Positions 37,987 through 48,935 of a DNA stretch of 64,000 nt are shown piece by piece. The DNA is from Armatimonadota bacterium (GTDB lineage: Bacteria > Armatimonadota > SYMT01): contig JAWLHY010000001.1 in assembly GCA_041690135.1 (NCBI GenBank), forward strand, positions 320,001-384,000. The letters run 5' to 3'. The notes beneath the pieces were generated by a model, which searched no databases, was not told the DNA's origin, and saw only the letters and a program-made list of their open reading frames with translations. Both the position numbers and the translations under genes were made by a program. Each line of letters opens with the position of its first letter. Within the stretch, counting starts at the first letter, position 1.

Positions 37987-39744
37987 TCAGGGGTTCGGCG
38001 TCAGCGTGTGCGACCGGTTGGTCGACAGGTGGGCATGCTCGGTGCTCTCGCCATGGGGCCAGGTGACGCGAACACGCACGGGATCGGCGGTCGCGGTCCC
38101 GAAGTGGAGGACGGGCTCGCTCTGCGAGAGGAATAGCCCGCCTGCGCGGACCGTTTGCTCCTGAGTCGTACTCCCGGCTATCACCTGAACGCGGGCGCCA
38201 ACGCCGGTTGGGTTGCCTTTAGGACCGCGCAGCACGAGTCGCAGCCAGTTTCCCGCGGGGCGACTTTCGTTCCTCAACAGGTGCGCGCCGCGATTGTTCT
38301 CCACCACCACGAGGTCGGGGTCGCCGTCCCGGTCGTAGTCTGCCACCGCGCAGCCGCGTACCACCCACTTCTGCTCGAACGCCGGCCCCGCCTGGCTTCC
38401 CAGTTCCGTGAACTGCCCGTTCTTCTGGTTGTGATAGAAGAGGGGACGCTGTGCGTAGGTAACGTTGGCCTCGAACCGCTCGATGAAGTCGTCGATGTGG
38501 CCGTTGCCGATAAAGGCATCTCGCCAGCCATCGAGGTCAGCGTCGAGAAAGGCCAGTCCAAAGGTCAGCGAGTAGAGGCTGCTCTGCCCCATGCCCACCT
38601 TTTCCGTCACCTCCGCGTAGATCCGGTCGGAATCCGGTTCGAAGAGGGAGAGCTTCTGCCCGGAGAAGTTGCCGATCAGGACCGACTCCCGTCCCTGGTT
38701 GCGCCAATCCGCCGCGTCGATCCCCATGCCTGCCTTGGGAATGCCGCCCTCGGCCAGTCCCAGACCCATTTCCGCGCCGAGGTCGCGGAAGCGTTTCCCC
38801 TCCTCGTTGCGGAACAGCGCGGTCTGGGTGCCGTCGCTGCTCACGGCGATATCGGGCCAGCCGTCCCGGTCGTAGTCGAGAACGAGCGGCTGGAACCACT
38901 TGCCGGCCACCTGGTCGATTCCCTTTTCCCGGCTCACATCCCGGAAACGACCGCTCCCCAGGTTCCGGTAGAGGCGGCAGCGCTCGTTGGGGTACTTCCA
39001 TGGGGGGCAGTAACGCTTCAGTTCTCCGGGCACGCCGCAGAACTGGTCCGTCTCCGGCGACCAACGCACGTAGCGGGCCACGAACAGGTCGAGGCGTCCG
39101 TCCCGGTCGTAGTCCAGCCAGGCGGAGCCGCTGTGCCACTCCCACGGTTCTCCGGATCCCGCTACCCCCGCCTCCTTCGCTACCTCGGTGAACCGTCCTT
39201 TCCCGTTGTTGCGGAACAGGCGGTTCGGGCCCAGGCAGGAAATGAAGAGGTCCTGGTCTCCGTCCCCATCGTAATCGGCGGCAGACACCCCCTGACCGTA
39301 GAGGGAAACATCCAGCCCGGATCCGGCGGTGATGTCTTGAAAAGTGCCGTCACCCCGGTTGCGGTAGAGCGCCGCCGTCGGCTTCTCCCCAGGCGGGCCG
39401 CCGGGTAGGGGGGTGCAGTTCACCAGCACCAGGTCCTGCCATTCGTCCCCGTCAACATCCACCCACGCGCAGCCGGAGCCGATCGTCTCGGGCATCAGCT
39501 TCTTCCCAAAGCCGCCGTGATGATGCTTGAACCGGATCCCGGCGGTTTCGGTCGCCTCGACAAAGCGGATACCGCTTTCTCGGCCCCTCGAGAACGCTAC
39601 CGCCTGCGGTCCTGCTTTCGGTTGCGCGCAGCCGGCCACCCATCCGGCAGAGGTCACCGCCGCACCCAGGACGGAAAGAACCTTAACGCGCCGCACGCTC
39701 CGCCTCCTCTTGCATCGTGTCGTAGCCCAGTAGGGCGCAGGCAT
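37987..39744 (-). CDS. CRTAC1 family protein (FG-GAP repeats plus ASPIC/UnbV domain)
   Basis: Repeated DYD.DG..DL motifs, G.FTEV; C-terminal GNWLRL.L.G...N..GVGARV..SQSE..LHFG; start may be GTG 39696. Confidence 0.93.
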   Translation of the reverse strand: MPAPYWATTRCKRRRSVRRVKVLSVLGAAVTSAGWVAGCAQPKAGPQAVAFSRGRESGIRFVEATETAGIRFKHHHGGFGKKLMPETIGSGCAWVDVDGDEWQDLVLVNCTPLPGGPPGEKPTAALYRNRGDGTFQDITAGSGLDVSLYGQGVSAADYDGDGDQDLFISCLGPNRLFRNNGKGRFTEVAKEAGVAGSGEPWEWHSGSAWLDYDRDGRLDLFVARYVRWSPETDQFCGVPGELKRYCPPWKYPNERCRLYRNLGSGRFRDVSREKGIDQVAGKWFQPLVLDYDRDGWPDIAVSSDGTQTALFRNEEGKRFRDLGAEMGLGLAEGGIPKAGMGIDAADWRNQGRESVLIGNFSGQKLSLFEPDSDRIYAEVTEKVGMGQSSLYSLTFGLAFLDADLDGWRDAFIGNGHIDDFIERFEANVTYAQRPLFYHNQKNGQFTELGSQAGPAFEQKWVVRGCAVADYDRDGDPDLVVVENNRGAHLLRNESRPAGNWLRLVLRGPKGNPTGVGARVQVIAGSTTQEQTVRAGGLFLSQSEPVLHFGTATADPVRVRVTWPHGESTEHAHLSTNRSHTLTPNP

Positions 39745-41611
39745 CCGCCAGCCGCTGCTGCGCCTCTTTCCAGGAGGGCTTCAGGGAAGCGGCGATCACC
39801 AGTTCTTGCAGTGCCTCGCGGGCGCGGCCATCCCGGAGGTGGCGGTCGCCCAGGGCAAACCGCGCCGCGGGGTCCGTAGGGGCCTGGTGAACGCGGTTCT
39901 CGAGCTGGGTGCGCCGGGCGTCCCGCAGCCGGACCCCACTATAGACACGCAGCAGCAGCTTCCGTTCGACAGGACGCCCCTGCTTGTGCAGTACCTGGGC
40001 GAGAGAGGGGTAGGGGCCTTCCCACCGGCTGTCGCCATCGATGGCCCGACGATACGCGGCGGCGGCCTCCGGCAGGTGCTCCAGGCGCTGCAGAACCGAT
40101 CCCGCGTTCATCCACGGAAAGAAGTAATCCGGAGAGGCCTTGCCCGCCCGCAGCAGGTGGAAGACGGCCTTACGCGCCTGGTCCGGCGCTTCGGTATTGC
40201 GCGCGTAGGTGAGCCCCAAATAAAGGTGGGAGTACGCATCGCCCGGTTCGAGGGCGACGGCACGCTCTAGGGAAGCCCGCGCCAGGTCGAACTGCTGGGA
40301 GTCGTGATAGTTCTTGCCCAATTCTCCCAGCGGCTCGTTGGCTCGCGCACCGCCCCAGCCGGACGCCGCTTTCAGGACCTCAGCCTGCTCACCTACCTGC
40401 TCCAACCTTCCCAGCAGCGCCGCCTTCAGCAAAGCCAGATCCATGTTGTCCCGGAAGCGCTCCTCCACACCCGTCACCACCTGCAGGGCATCCCGGAGCT
40501 TTCCGTCCGCCGATAGGGAACGCGCCAGGTCCAGGTGTACTGCCGGCCGGTCGGGGCGCAGTTCCGCCGCCCGGCGGAAGGAAGCCTGTGCCGCGGCGAG
40601 TTGCCACCGGGCCATCTGTGCCTTCCCTTGCAGGTGAAATCTTTCTGCCTGCCGGTCGGCAAGTGCGTAGGCCCGCGCCAGGTACTCGAATGCCAGCACC
40701 TCCTGGTAGCCCCCCGCCAGCGCGCGGGAGACCAGGTCGATGGTCGCATCTGCATCCCAGGCAGCGAGGGCTCTTCTCCCAGCTTCAAACGCCGCCGCCG
40801 GATGGCCGGAGCCGTTCCGGGCAAGCGCCATGAGCCGCTGATATCCTCGTTGTCGCCCCGCTCCGGAAGGTAGCCGCAGCTCGGCGCGTCCCCGCAGGTA
40901 CTCGCGGTCGACATCCGGGTCGGCATCGGCCGGCACCCGATCCAATGCGTTCAGCGCACCGGCAAAATCCCGCTGGGCTAGTCGGCAGCGCGCCTGCAGC
41001 GTGAGCACCGAACCCGTGGCCGGATGCGTTCGGAGGCCCCGCTCGATCCAGCGAAGGCCTTCCCGCGGGTTTCGGGCGCGGAACCACACCAGCGCCCCGT
41101 CGAACCACTCTTCACGGACAGGCCCCGTCTTCTCGGCCTTCTTCAGCCAGGTGGAGGCCCCGGCGCCTTCTCCATGCTCTACCAGGGCTCCCGCGAGGCG
41201 GATCTGGAGACCGGCCGGCGCGGGATTGAGGCGTTCTAAAGTCTGCTCTGCCTCCTCCAGCCAGTGAAGCTGGAGACAGTACTCCACATACGGCGCGATA
41301 AACCCCGGACCGGTGGCCTTCTCGGCCAGAGGAAAGAGCGCCAGGGCCGCGCCGGCGGGATCTTCGGACTCCGCACAGGCTTTTGCCAGCGCCAGCCGCG
41401 CCTCCGCATTCCCCGGCTCCTTGAGGACCCGCTCTTCTGCTGTTAGAACGGCGTCCAGGCGCAGATCGGTCCGGACATTAGCCGGGAAATCCGCTCCGGG
41501 GGAGCCGGAAGCGGTGGAACGCGCGCCGTCGGTGCGGGACCCACAGCCCGTGACCACCAGCGGAAACGACAGCAGGACGACGCACGCGGCGGAGCGGAAC
41601 GCGAGAGGCAT
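39683..41611 (-). CDS. Tetratricopeptide repeat lipoprotein
   Basis: Lipobox VTGC; multiple A...F.RA..L.P TPR-like units. Confidence 0.82.
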   Translation of the reverse strand: MPLAFRSAACVVLLSFPLVVTGCGSRTDGARSTASGSPGADFPANVRTDLRLDAVLTAEERVLKEPGNAEARLALAKACAESEDPAGAALALFPLAEKATGPGFIAPYVEYCLQLHWLEEAEQTLERLNPAPAGLQIRLAGALVEHGEGAGASTWLKKAEKTGPVREEWFDGALVWFRARNPREGLRWIERGLRTHPATGSVLTLQARCRLAQRDFAGALNALDRVPADADPDVDREYLRGRAELRLPSGAGRQRGYQRLMALARNGSGHPAAAFEAGRRALAAWDADATIDLVSRALAGGYQEVLAFEYLARAYALADRQAERFHLQGKAQMARWQLAAAQASFRRAAELRPDRPAVHLDLARSLSADGKLRDALQVVTGVEERFRDNMDLALLKAALLGRLEQVGEQAEVLKAASGWGGARANEPLGELGKNYHDSQQFDLARASLERAVALEPGDAYSHLYLGLTYARNTEAPDQARKAVFHLLRAGKASPDYFFPWMNAGSVLQRLEHLPEAAAAYRRAIDGDSRWEGPYPSLAQVLHKQGRPVERKLLLRVYSGVRLRDARRTQLENRVHQAPTDPAARFALGDRHLRDGRAREALQELVIAASLKPSWKEAQQRLADACALLGYDTMQEEAERAAR

Positions 41612-41885
41612 GAAAGGGGGTTCGAGAGCTACCGCACGAAGCTCAGAGTGGAAGTGAGTGGGCGAGCAAGTGAGTTTACTCTTCCGGTGGCTAAAGAGAC
41701 GCTTTGAAATGCCGTCAGATCACATTCTCGCGAACTTCTTTCGTCGAGAAGAGGGGAATAGCGTGCAAATACTCCGAAACGCAGCAAGCTTGCCCACACC
41801 TTCCAACCGTAGCCCGGCGGCCGGCTGGCTATCCTGAAGATGCTGTATCTGTACCGCCCCTTGGGGCGGAGTGAAGGAGTACGGA

Positions 41886-42569
41886 GTGTACCGTTCATCG
41901 CAACGCCGCGGTTTCACCCTCATTGAACTGCTCGTCGTGATTGCTATTATCGCCATCCTCGCCGCCATCCTCTTCCCGGTCTTCGCGCAGGCCCGGGAGA
42001 AGGCTCGCCAGACGAGCTGCTCCAGCAACCTGAAGCAGATCGGGACGGCCATCCAGATGTACGTGCAGGACTACGATGAGATGATGCCTTACCTCGCCTA
42101 CAACGGCGGGAACACGCTGGGCATCCACTGGTTCGACTCGACCATGCCCTACATCAAGAATGAGCAGGTCTGGCGCTGCCCCAGCGCCAACCCCGCCGCC
42201 CGGGGCGCCGGTCTCTGGAACCCGTCAGCTACCTTTGTGCGGCGGAATGTGGATTACGCCTGGAACGAGGATGCCGCCGCCGCAGGTCGCTCCTTGGCGG
42301 TGTGCAACAACCCGGCCAGCACCTACCTGATCATGGACAAGGGCAACGCGCAGTGCTTCACCGCCTGGTACGACTGGCGCGGACGGGCACAGAATACCTA
42401 CACGGGAAGCTCGATCCCTGGCCCGCACAACGAGGGCAAGAACATCGGGTTCGCCGATGGGCACGTGAAGTGGATGAAGAGTGTGTCGATGACGGCGCGC
42501 GACCTCACCACGGCCTCCGGCACCAACCCGGACCTGACCTCGCCCTACTTCGGATACTTCCGGAACTGA
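41886..42569 (+). CDS. Prepilin-type / DUF1559 H-X9-DG protein
   Basis: [16 protein letters not shown]..., [16 protein letters not shown]; AAGGAG SD. Confidence 0.95.
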   Translation: MYRSSQRRGFTLIELLVVIAIIAILAAILFPVFAQAREKARQTSCSSNLKQIGTAIQMYVQDYDEMMPYLAYNGGNTLGIHWFDSTMPYIKNEQVWRCPSANPAARGAGLWNPSATFVRRNVDYAWNEDAAAAGRSLAVCNNPASTYLIMDKGNAQCFTAWYDWRGRAQNTYTGSSIPGPHNEGKNIGFADGHVKWMKSVSMTARDLTTASGTNPDLTSPYFGYFRN

Positions 42570-42593
42570 TCCCAACTTGATCTTTTCAAGATC

Positions 42594-42650
42594 AGGAAAA
42601 AGGGCCTCGGTGGGTGCGGCTGGCCCGCACCCACCGAGGCCCTTTTTCCT
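42594..42650. terminator. Strong bidirectional terminator
   Basis: AGGAAAAAGGGCCTCGGTGGGTGCGG...CCGCACCCACCGAGGCCCTTTTTCCT. Confidence 0.9.
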
Positions 42651-42664
42651 GGGTCCAATAACCT

Positions 42665-44050
42665 CTAGATCAATTGCTTGATGGGGCTGCCGCCGGGCAG
42701 GATGGGGAAGGGGCGGTTCTGGCGGTCGAGGAATTCGGTGTGCGGGTCGATTCCCAGGACGTGATAGATCGTGGCCAGCACGTCCTCGGGGCGGTAGGGG
42801 CTCTCCGCCGGGTGCTCGGAGTGGGCGTTGGTGGCGCCGACCACCTGCCCCATGCGCAGCCCGCCACCCGCCATCATCACCGAGATCGCCTGGCCCCAGT
42901 GATCGCGGCCGGGCACATGGCGACCCAGGGCCGGTAGCCCCTTGTTCAGCTTGGGGGTCCGGCCGAACTCGCCCATCACCACTACCAGCACGTGGTCCAG
43001 CATCCCCCGCTCGTCAAGGTCCTGGACGAGATTGCTCACGGCCCGGTCCATCGCGTCGCACTTGGGCTTGATCGACTTCTCAATGTTGTCGTGGTCGTCC
43101 CAGTGGGGCATGTCGACCGTTACAAAGGTCACGCCCCGTTCCACGAGCCGGCGGGCCATGAGGGTGTAGCGGCACCAGGGGCTGTCACCATAGCGCTCCT
43201 GTACTTTCGCCGGCTCGGCGTCGATGTCGAATGCCTCTCGCACCTCCGGCTTGAGCAGCAGGTTCACGGCCTGCTGGGTAAAGAAGTCCATACTCGCCAC
43301 CGACCCATCCCGGTCCACGGCCCGGTCGAGCAGGTCGAGCTTGTTGAGCAAGCCCACGCGCTTCCCCACGCGATCCTGCTGGGGGGAAGCTTTGAACATC
43401 TTCGGTGTCGCGATCTTGGTCTTGGCCGTCGCGCCGATGTACTTGTGATCCCAATCCGCCTGGAACGGATCGTAGGGAGTTCCGAGGTAGGAAGCACCCT
43501 GGTACCCCGGGTAGAGGTAGACACTCTCCGCGGCCGGGACGCCCACGTAGGCGGGGAGAGAGGGATTGTTCGGGCCGCGCAGCCGGGAGACGTAGCTGCC
43601 GACCGACGGGTACTTCTGGTCCTTATCCGCGCCCGTGGCGCCGAAGTAGCCGGTCAGCATCTTGTGGGCGCCGGCGAAATGGTCGCCGGTGCCGTGGTGG
43701 ACCGACCGGATAAAGGCCATCCGGTGCGCCCACTTGGCATGCCCGGAAAGCAGTTCGCAGAGCTGAATCCCTTTGACGTTCGTCTCGATCGTCTTGTAGG
43801 GTCCGCGCACCTCGGCGGGAGCCTCCGGCTTGGGATCGTAGGTCTCCAACTGGCTGGGTCCGCCGTCGAGCCACACCAGGATTACGGCCGTTTTCTTGCT
43901 CGGCTTGCCGGCCGCCGCCTGGGCCGCCTGGATCCGACCGAAGTCCGCCAGCGATAACCCCGCCAGCCCGAGAAACCCTGCCTGGAGAAAACTCCGCCGC
44001 CCGAGACCCGCACAGTTGGTCGAGAGATCCGAAGCCTGGATCCGCAGCAT
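42665..44050 (-). CDS. DUF1501 family protein
   Basis: RRSFL, WLDGGPSQLETYDPKP, ARRLVE.GV.FV, WD.H, GEFGRTP, GRDHW. Confidence 0.93.
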   Translation of the reverse strand: MLRIQASDLSTNCAGLGRRSFLQAGFLGLAGLSLADFGRIQAAQAAAGKPSKKTAVILVWLDGGPSQLETYDPKPEAPAEVRGPYKTIETNVKGIQLCELLSGHAKWAHRMAFIRSVHHGTGDHFAGAHKMLTGYFGATGADKDQKYPSVGSYVSRLRGPNNPSLPAYVGVPAAESVYLYPGYQGASYLGTPYDPFQADWDHKYIGATAKTKIATPKMFKASPQQDRVGKRVGLLNKLDLLDRAVDRDGSVASMDFFTQQAVNLLLKPEVREAFDIDAEPAKVQERYGDSPWCRYTLMARRLVERGVTFVTVDMPHWDDHDNIEKSIKPKCDAMDRAVSNLVQDLDERGMLDHVLVVVMGEFGRTPKLNKGLPALGRHVPGRDHWGQAISVMMAGGGLRMGQVVGATNAHSEHPAESPYRPEDVLATIYHVLGIDPHTEFLDRQNRPFPILPGGSPIKQLI

Positions 44051-44155
44051 CTTGCCTTACTCCTCGCCTGGCGCCTCTCCCCGGCGGAAGCGCCGCCTCA
44101 AACGTATGAGCGCGCGAATGCGCCGGGGTTTCGGCCTGTTGCGAGGGAATGCGGG

Positions 44156-44830
44156 TTAGGGCTTGGTGGCGTCGAACAATTCCGCCTTCTGGAAAGCGGC
44201 ATCTTGCTTCAGCCACTTCGCATGACCGTCGGCGAAGCAATAATTGGCCCCTCCCTGGTGGCGGGCCGGCGTGTAGCGCACGTCGGTGGCGACCCGCACG
44301 ATATAGAGCTGGTTACCCCCCGAGGGATACTCGCTGATATCTCCGCAGAATATCGTGTCTGCCGGGCGACCGATGGAGGCGAGGGTCCGATACGGGGCAC
44401 CATCCAGCGGATAGTAGCCGAAGCCGTTGCCGTAGGCGGGAGACGCGTTATTCCAGCCGATGTTCCAGCCGTAGGCCCGCTGTGCGCCGGTGGTTCGAAC
44501 CCAGGAGGGACACTTGTAGATGCCGGCGGGGGTGGCTACGCCACTGCTCTTGATGTAGGGCTCGATGACGGTGAACCAGTAGACCGCCGCGGGATAGCCG
44601 TGCCACCCCTTGGGGAATGTCTCGTCGTAGTCCTGCACGTACTGCATCGTGCCGAGGGCGATCTGCTTGCAGTTGTTCATGCAACTGGTCTTGCGCGCGG
44701 CCTCCCGCGCCTGGGCGAATACCGGGAAGAGAATGGCTGCAAGTATGGCTATGATGGCGATGACAACCAGAAGCTCGATCAGGGTGAAACCCGCTCGCCG
44801 CGGAAACCGGGGGTGAAGGCGTTGCGTCAT
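44156..44830 (-). CDS. Prepilin-type / DUF1559 H-X9-DG protein
   Basis: [15 protein letters not shown]..., [17 protein letters not shown]. Confidence 0.95.
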   Translation of the reverse strand: MTQRLHPRFPRRAGFTLIELLVVIAIIAILAAILFPVFAQAREAARKTSCMNNCKQIALGTMQYVQDYDETFPKGWHGYPAAVYWFTVIEPYIKSSGVATPAGIYKCPSWVRTTGAQRAYGWNIGWNNASPAYGNGFGYYPLDGAPYRTLASIGRPADTIFCGDISEYPSGGNQLYIVRVATDVRYTPARHQGGANYCFADGHAKWLKQDAAFQKAELFDATKP

Positions 44831-45204
44831 CCTGGGTTCTCCTATCCGTCCGGAAGGTGAGATAGAGGTCCCGACGGCAGAAGAGGTTGAGCCCGGAGAA
44901 CTGGCGGACTCCAGGCGGGCCTTGCCGTGCGAGCCAGGCCATGTCTTCCTCCCAACCGTGGACTACCTTCTACTATAGACACCCGATGTTGCGGGAGTGT
45001 TACGGGTGAGTGAACTTTTGGGTACGCAAATGGCACTCTGCCTGCGTGCAGGCTCATTGTGTCGCTTTGCCGGCAAGACACCGGATCCGTGAACTCTACC
45101 CGACGGAAAGGGGGAATGGGAACCGGCCGATGTGAGGCCGTCCCTATTCCCCCTTTCGTCACTACTCCCCTTCGCCCCCACGGTCGGGATTGAAGAGACA
45201 TTTC

Positions 45205-45933
45205 CTAGTCGAGGAACTCGATGGTCGGATTGCGGTAGTAGATCTCCGCGCCTTCGGACTGCAGGTTGATGCGGCCCTTGGTCAGGCTGGCGTTGGTTCC
45301 GCGGAGGTTGCACTTGCCGTTGACCCAGTGCTCCCACTTGTCGCCCTTCGCCACCACCACCGTCTTGTTCCACTCGCCGTGCGGCTTCTCGTAGTCCGCC
45401 CACTTCACGACGCGCCCGCCGGTGTACTTCTTGCCGAGCACGTCCGTGGAAGGCGGGCCGCCTTCGCCGGAGGTGAGCCACATGTCGCCGGTATCCCCTT
45501 CCTGGATCTGGAGCTCCAGCGACTTGTTCCACACCTTATCCGGCCCGACGCAGTGGTAGAGGATCCCGGCGTCGCGCACGGCGTTCTCGCGCGGCGGCCA
45601 TTTCTTCTGGCCCCATTTGAACTCCACGGAGAACTTGTAGTTCGAGTACTCCTTCTCGGTGCTGTAGAACGCGAACTTGTGACCGCTGGCGTACATCATC
45701 CCGTCGACGATCTTGAAGACGCCGGTGGAGTCCTTGTTCTTCCCTTCGCCGGGAATGAAGGTGTACCAGCCGTCCAGGTTCTTGCCGTTGAACAGCGGGA
45801 TGGGGCCGCGGGACTGGGCGTCCGCCGGCCGGGACGACATCTGAAGGAGGCATCCGGTAGCGACCGCCAGCCCGGCAGCCACCACGACGCGCACCGCCAG
45901 CCGGTGCGACAGCCCCCGCATTCGATCGTTCAT
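45205..45933 (-). CDS. DUF1080 (3-keto-disaccharide hydrolase-like) secreted protein
   Basis: LFNGKNLDGW, ELQI, GEWN, VNG, G.I.LQSEGAEIYYRN. Confidence 0.92.
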   Translation of the reverse strand: MNDRMRGLSHRLAVRVVVAAGLAVATGCLLQMSSRPADAQSRGPIPLFNGKNLDGWYTFIPGEGKNKDSTGVFKIVDGMMYASGHKFAFYSTEKEYSNYKFSVEFKWGQKKWPPRENAVRDAGILYHCVGPDKVWNKSLELQIQEGDTGDMWLTSGEGGPPSTDVLGKKYTGGRVVKWADYEKPHGEWNKTVVVAKGDKWEHWVNGKCNLRGTNASLTKGRINLQSEGAEIYYRNPTIEFLD

Positions 45934-46119
45934 GAACCAAAACCTTTCTCTTACAACGCGTATCCGGGCGCGCCCACCGGGCGGCAGGGCCACGCTCCAC
46001 ATCCTAAGTTCGCCGTCCGTTCCGGAATCCATCCTTGCCCGGACTGCCCTTCGCGGGGGATTCTGCGCGAGAATAAGGCGGACCTTTCATCGCCGGCATG
46101 CCGGCGCGACTGCACGAAA

Positions 46120-47181
46120 ATGGGATCACACGTGCCTGACACCCAAGAATCGATGATGCTCCGGGAGATCCGGGAGCAGCCCGCCGGCCTGCAGAGGCTG
46201 CTGGATCACGAGCTCGACCGGGCAGCGGCGCTGGCCGCGGCGGCTCGGGAGCGCGAAATCTCCCTTCTCTTCATCGCCGCCCGCGGCACCAGCGACCATG
46301 CCGCCGTATACGCCAAGTACCTCACGGAGCTGATCGCCGGCCTGCCGGTGGCGCTGGCCGCCCCCTCGGTTTTCACCCTGTACGGAGGCCGCCCGCGGCT
46401 GAACAACGCCCTGGTGCTGGGCATCAGCCAGAGCGGCAAGGCGGCGGACGCAATCGAAGTGCTGCACCAGACCCGCTCCGCCGGGTGCCTGACGGGCTGC
46501 ATCACCAACGACCCGCACTCGCCGATGGCGCAGTCCGCGGAGCACCCCCTCTACTGCCACGCCGGTCCGGAGCAGAGCCTGCCGGCCACGAAGACCTACA
46601 CCACTTCCCTGGCCACGGTCTACGCGTTGGTCGCCTACCTGGCCGACCGTCCGGAACTGCTGGAAGACCTGCGCCGCACGCCGGAGTGGGTGCAGCAGGT
46701 GCTGGACCAGGAGGACCGGATCGCGGAGCACGCGGAGCGGTACCGCTACATGGATGAGTGCGTGCTCCTGGCGCGCGGCATCAACCAGTGCAGCGCGCTC
46801 GAAACGGCCCTCAAGCTCTCCGAGACCAGCTACCTCCGCGCCCACCCCTATAGCGCCGCCGACTTCCATCACGGCCCGATCGCCATCGTGGACGAGGGCT
46901 ACCCCTGCCTCCTCATCGCCCCCTCGGGCAAGGGGCTCCCGGTGATGACGGAGCTGGCGGAAGCCCTGGAGAAACGCGACGCCGAGCTCCTGGTGATCTC
47001 GGACGATGCGGGACTGCTGGGCCGGGCCCGCACCCCCCTCCCGATGCCGGCGGTGCCGGAGCTGCTCAGTCCCCTCGTGGGAATCGTGGTGGCCCAGCTC
47101 TTCGCCTATCACCTGGCGCGGGTCAAGGGGCGCGACCCCGATCGTCCCCGCGGGTTGAAGAAGGTTACGCACACACTGTAA
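46120..47181 (+). CDS. Two-SIS-domain sugar-phosphate isomerase/deaminase (GlmS C-terminal-like)
   Basis: REIREQP, ARGTSDHA, ISQSG, ATKTY, E.ALKL.E, HGP, PRGLKKVT; start uncertain (46120-46156). Confidence 0.92.
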   Translation: MGSHVPDTQESMMLREIREQPAGLQRLLDHELDRAAALAAAAREREISLLFIAARGTSDHAAVYAKYLTELIAGLPVALAAPSVFTLYGGRPRLNNALVLGISQSGKAADAIEVLHQTRSAGCLTGCITNDPHSPMAQSAEHPLYCHAGPEQSLPATKTYTTSLATVYALVAYLADRPELLEDLRRTPEWVQQVLDQEDRIAEHAERYRYMDECVLLARGINQCSALETALKLSETSYLRAHPYSAADFHHGPIAIVDEGYPCLLIAPSGKGLPVMTELAEALEKRDAELLVISDDAGLLGRARTPLPMPAVPELLSPLVGIVVAQLFAYHLARVKGRDPDRPRGLKKVTHTL

Positions 47182-47214
47182 TTCGAGTCGAGATCAAAGC
47201 GTGATCCGTTGAGG

Positions 47215-47405
47215 GTGGGCGAGTGAACTCGCGGCTACAAACGGCGAAGCCGACCTCCGTCGGCTGGGGAACTCCTGCTATTCAGGTGTTCCCTTTGGCT
47301 GACGGCGCTCTTGACCGTGGCGACCGCCACAGTCACGCAGAGTTTGTATGCCCGAAGAGCCGAAGGAGGTCGGCTTTGCTTTGTGTAGCCGCGGCTTGAG
47401 CCGCT
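47215..47405. repeat. REPIN-like inverted pair of GTAG palindromes
   Basis: GCGAGTGAACTCGCGGCTAC...AAGCCGACCTCCGTCGGCT and AGCCGAAGGAGGTCGGCTT...GTAGCCGCGGCTTGAGCCGC. Confidence 0.75.
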
Positions 47406-47528
47406 TGGATACCGCCCTCGCCGGTGGGTCATCGACTGCCCTCGCCCGGCGGTTGACTGGGCGAGTGGTGTTCAGTCTCAGAGAATCGGACGTCTGGTCT
47501 CTGTCGGCAATTGATGAGAATCGAAGCC

Positions 47529-48635
47529 ATGATCAACACTGCGCGGCTAAGGCGGACGTTCCTCGATCTACTGGAGATCAATAGCCCTCCGGGTTCGGAG
47601 CGGGAGGTGACGCGCTACTGCGTGGAAGCTCTCCGCGAGGCAGGGTTCGTCTGCCAGACGGACCCCGCCGGGAACGTGATCGCCCAGAAGGCGGGGACCC
47701 GGTCCGTGGCGCCCCGTCTCTTCTTCTCCGCGCACACCGATACGGTCCAGCCCACCGCCGGACTGGTGGTGCGGGAAGAGGAGGGGGTCTTCCGGACCAG
47801 CGGCACCACCATCCTGGGCGCCGACGATAAGGCCGGGCTGGCGGAGATCCTGGAGGCAGTCCGAACCCTCGATGACCTGGGTGCCGACCATGGCGATCTC
47901 CTCGTGGCGCTCACCACGCGCGAGGAGATCGGTCTCGTCGGGGCCAAGGAGTTCGCGCCGGAGGTGCTGGCCGGCTGTATCGGCTTCGTCTTCGATGCCA
48001 GCGGCGCCCCCGGCTCCATCATCACGGCCGCGCCCACGCACGACGTGATGGAGGTGGAGATCCGCGGGAAGGCTGCCCACGCCGGCTTCGCGCCGGAGAG
48101 GGGGGTAAGCGCCCTGCAGATCGCCGCCCGCGCCCTCTGCGAGATGCGGTTAGGGCGGATCGACCCCGAGACCACGGCCAACGCCGGCGTGCTCCAGGGC
48201 GGCACGGCGAACAACATCGTTCCCGAGCACGCCACCCTCTCCCTGGAGGCCCGCAGCCGCAACCCGGAGGTGCTGGAGCGGCAGGTCGCCCACATGCGGG
48301 AGTGCCTGGAGCGGGCCGCCGCGGAGTACGGGGGCGAGATCCGCATCCGCCACGAGCGCGAGTACCGGGGTTACTCCTGGGGCCGGGACGACCTGCCGGT
48401 CCGCCTCGCCGCGGAAGCCTGGCGCCGCGCCACGGGCGAGGAGCCGACCTTCCGCCCCACCGGCGGGGGCAGCGACGCCAACGTGTTCAATGCCCGCGGC
48501 ATCCCTACTGTGGTCCTTAGCTGCGGCTACCTGGAAGCCCACAGCGTCCACGAGCACATCGCCCTCACCGACCTGGTCCGGGCCGCCGAGTGGGCCGTGC
48601 AGATCGCCATCGTCGCCGGGGAGCCCGCGGGATAA
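47529..48635 (+). CDS. M20 family peptidase (peptidase T-like)
   Basis: AHTDTV, LGADDKAG, EEIGL.GAK, GKAAHAG, GGGSDAN, HS..E. Confidence 0.93.
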   Translation: MINTARLRRTFLDLLEINSPPGSEREVTRYCVEALREAGFVCQTDPAGNVIAQKAGTRSVAPRLFFSAHTDTVQPTAGLVVREEEGVFRTSGTTILGADDKAGLAEILEAVRTLDDLGADHGDLLVALTTREEIGLVGAKEFAPEVLAGCIGFVFDASGAPGSIITAAPTHDVMEVEIRGKAAHAGFAPERGVSALQIAARALCEMRLGRIDPETTANAGVLQGGTANNIVPEHATLSLEARSRNPEVLERQVAHMRECLERAAAEYGGEIRIRHEREYRGYSWGRDDLPVRLAAEAWRRATGEEPTFRPTGGGSDANVFNARGIPTVVLSCGYLEAHSVHEHIALTDLVRAAEWAVQIAIVAGEPAG

Positions 48636-48734
48636 CGGCGGTTAATAATACAGGCGCCTGCCGGGCGCCTCTTGGGTGGGACCCTCGCGAAGTACGCGAA
48701 AAGATACCGGGTCCCACTTCTCGCGACTCCAGTT

Positions 48735-48935
48735 TCCGCTTCCCGCCGCCACCATCGACGTACAGAGCCGACTGCCGGAGCTGCGCGGCCAACGCGAAAG
48801 CGCGAAAAAGCGAAAGCGCGAAACTTGGGAAATGAGCGGCCCGCCACGAGCCGGCAACCCGTCATCAGGCTAGATATGTTTGATCCAAGAAATTGGTCAC
48901 CTGAGAAGGACCTGATCCATGAAGGAGTCCGGTTG
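48735..48935 (+). repeat. Partial copy of the long degenerate repeat
   Basis: CGACTGCCGG.GCTGCGCGGCCAACGC...CCGGCAACCCGTC...CCATGA.GGAGTCCGG shared with 50145-50352. Confidence 0.75.

Noticed and set aside
37126-44830. Diversity-generating retroelement or shufflon acting on the pilin-like genes
   Set aside because: No reverse transcriptase, recombinase or template/variable repeat pair is visible in the window.
45190-46119. Apparent 310-aa N-terminal extension of the SIS protein
   Set aside because: It is the antisense of the DUF1080 gene; SIS homology begins near 46150.
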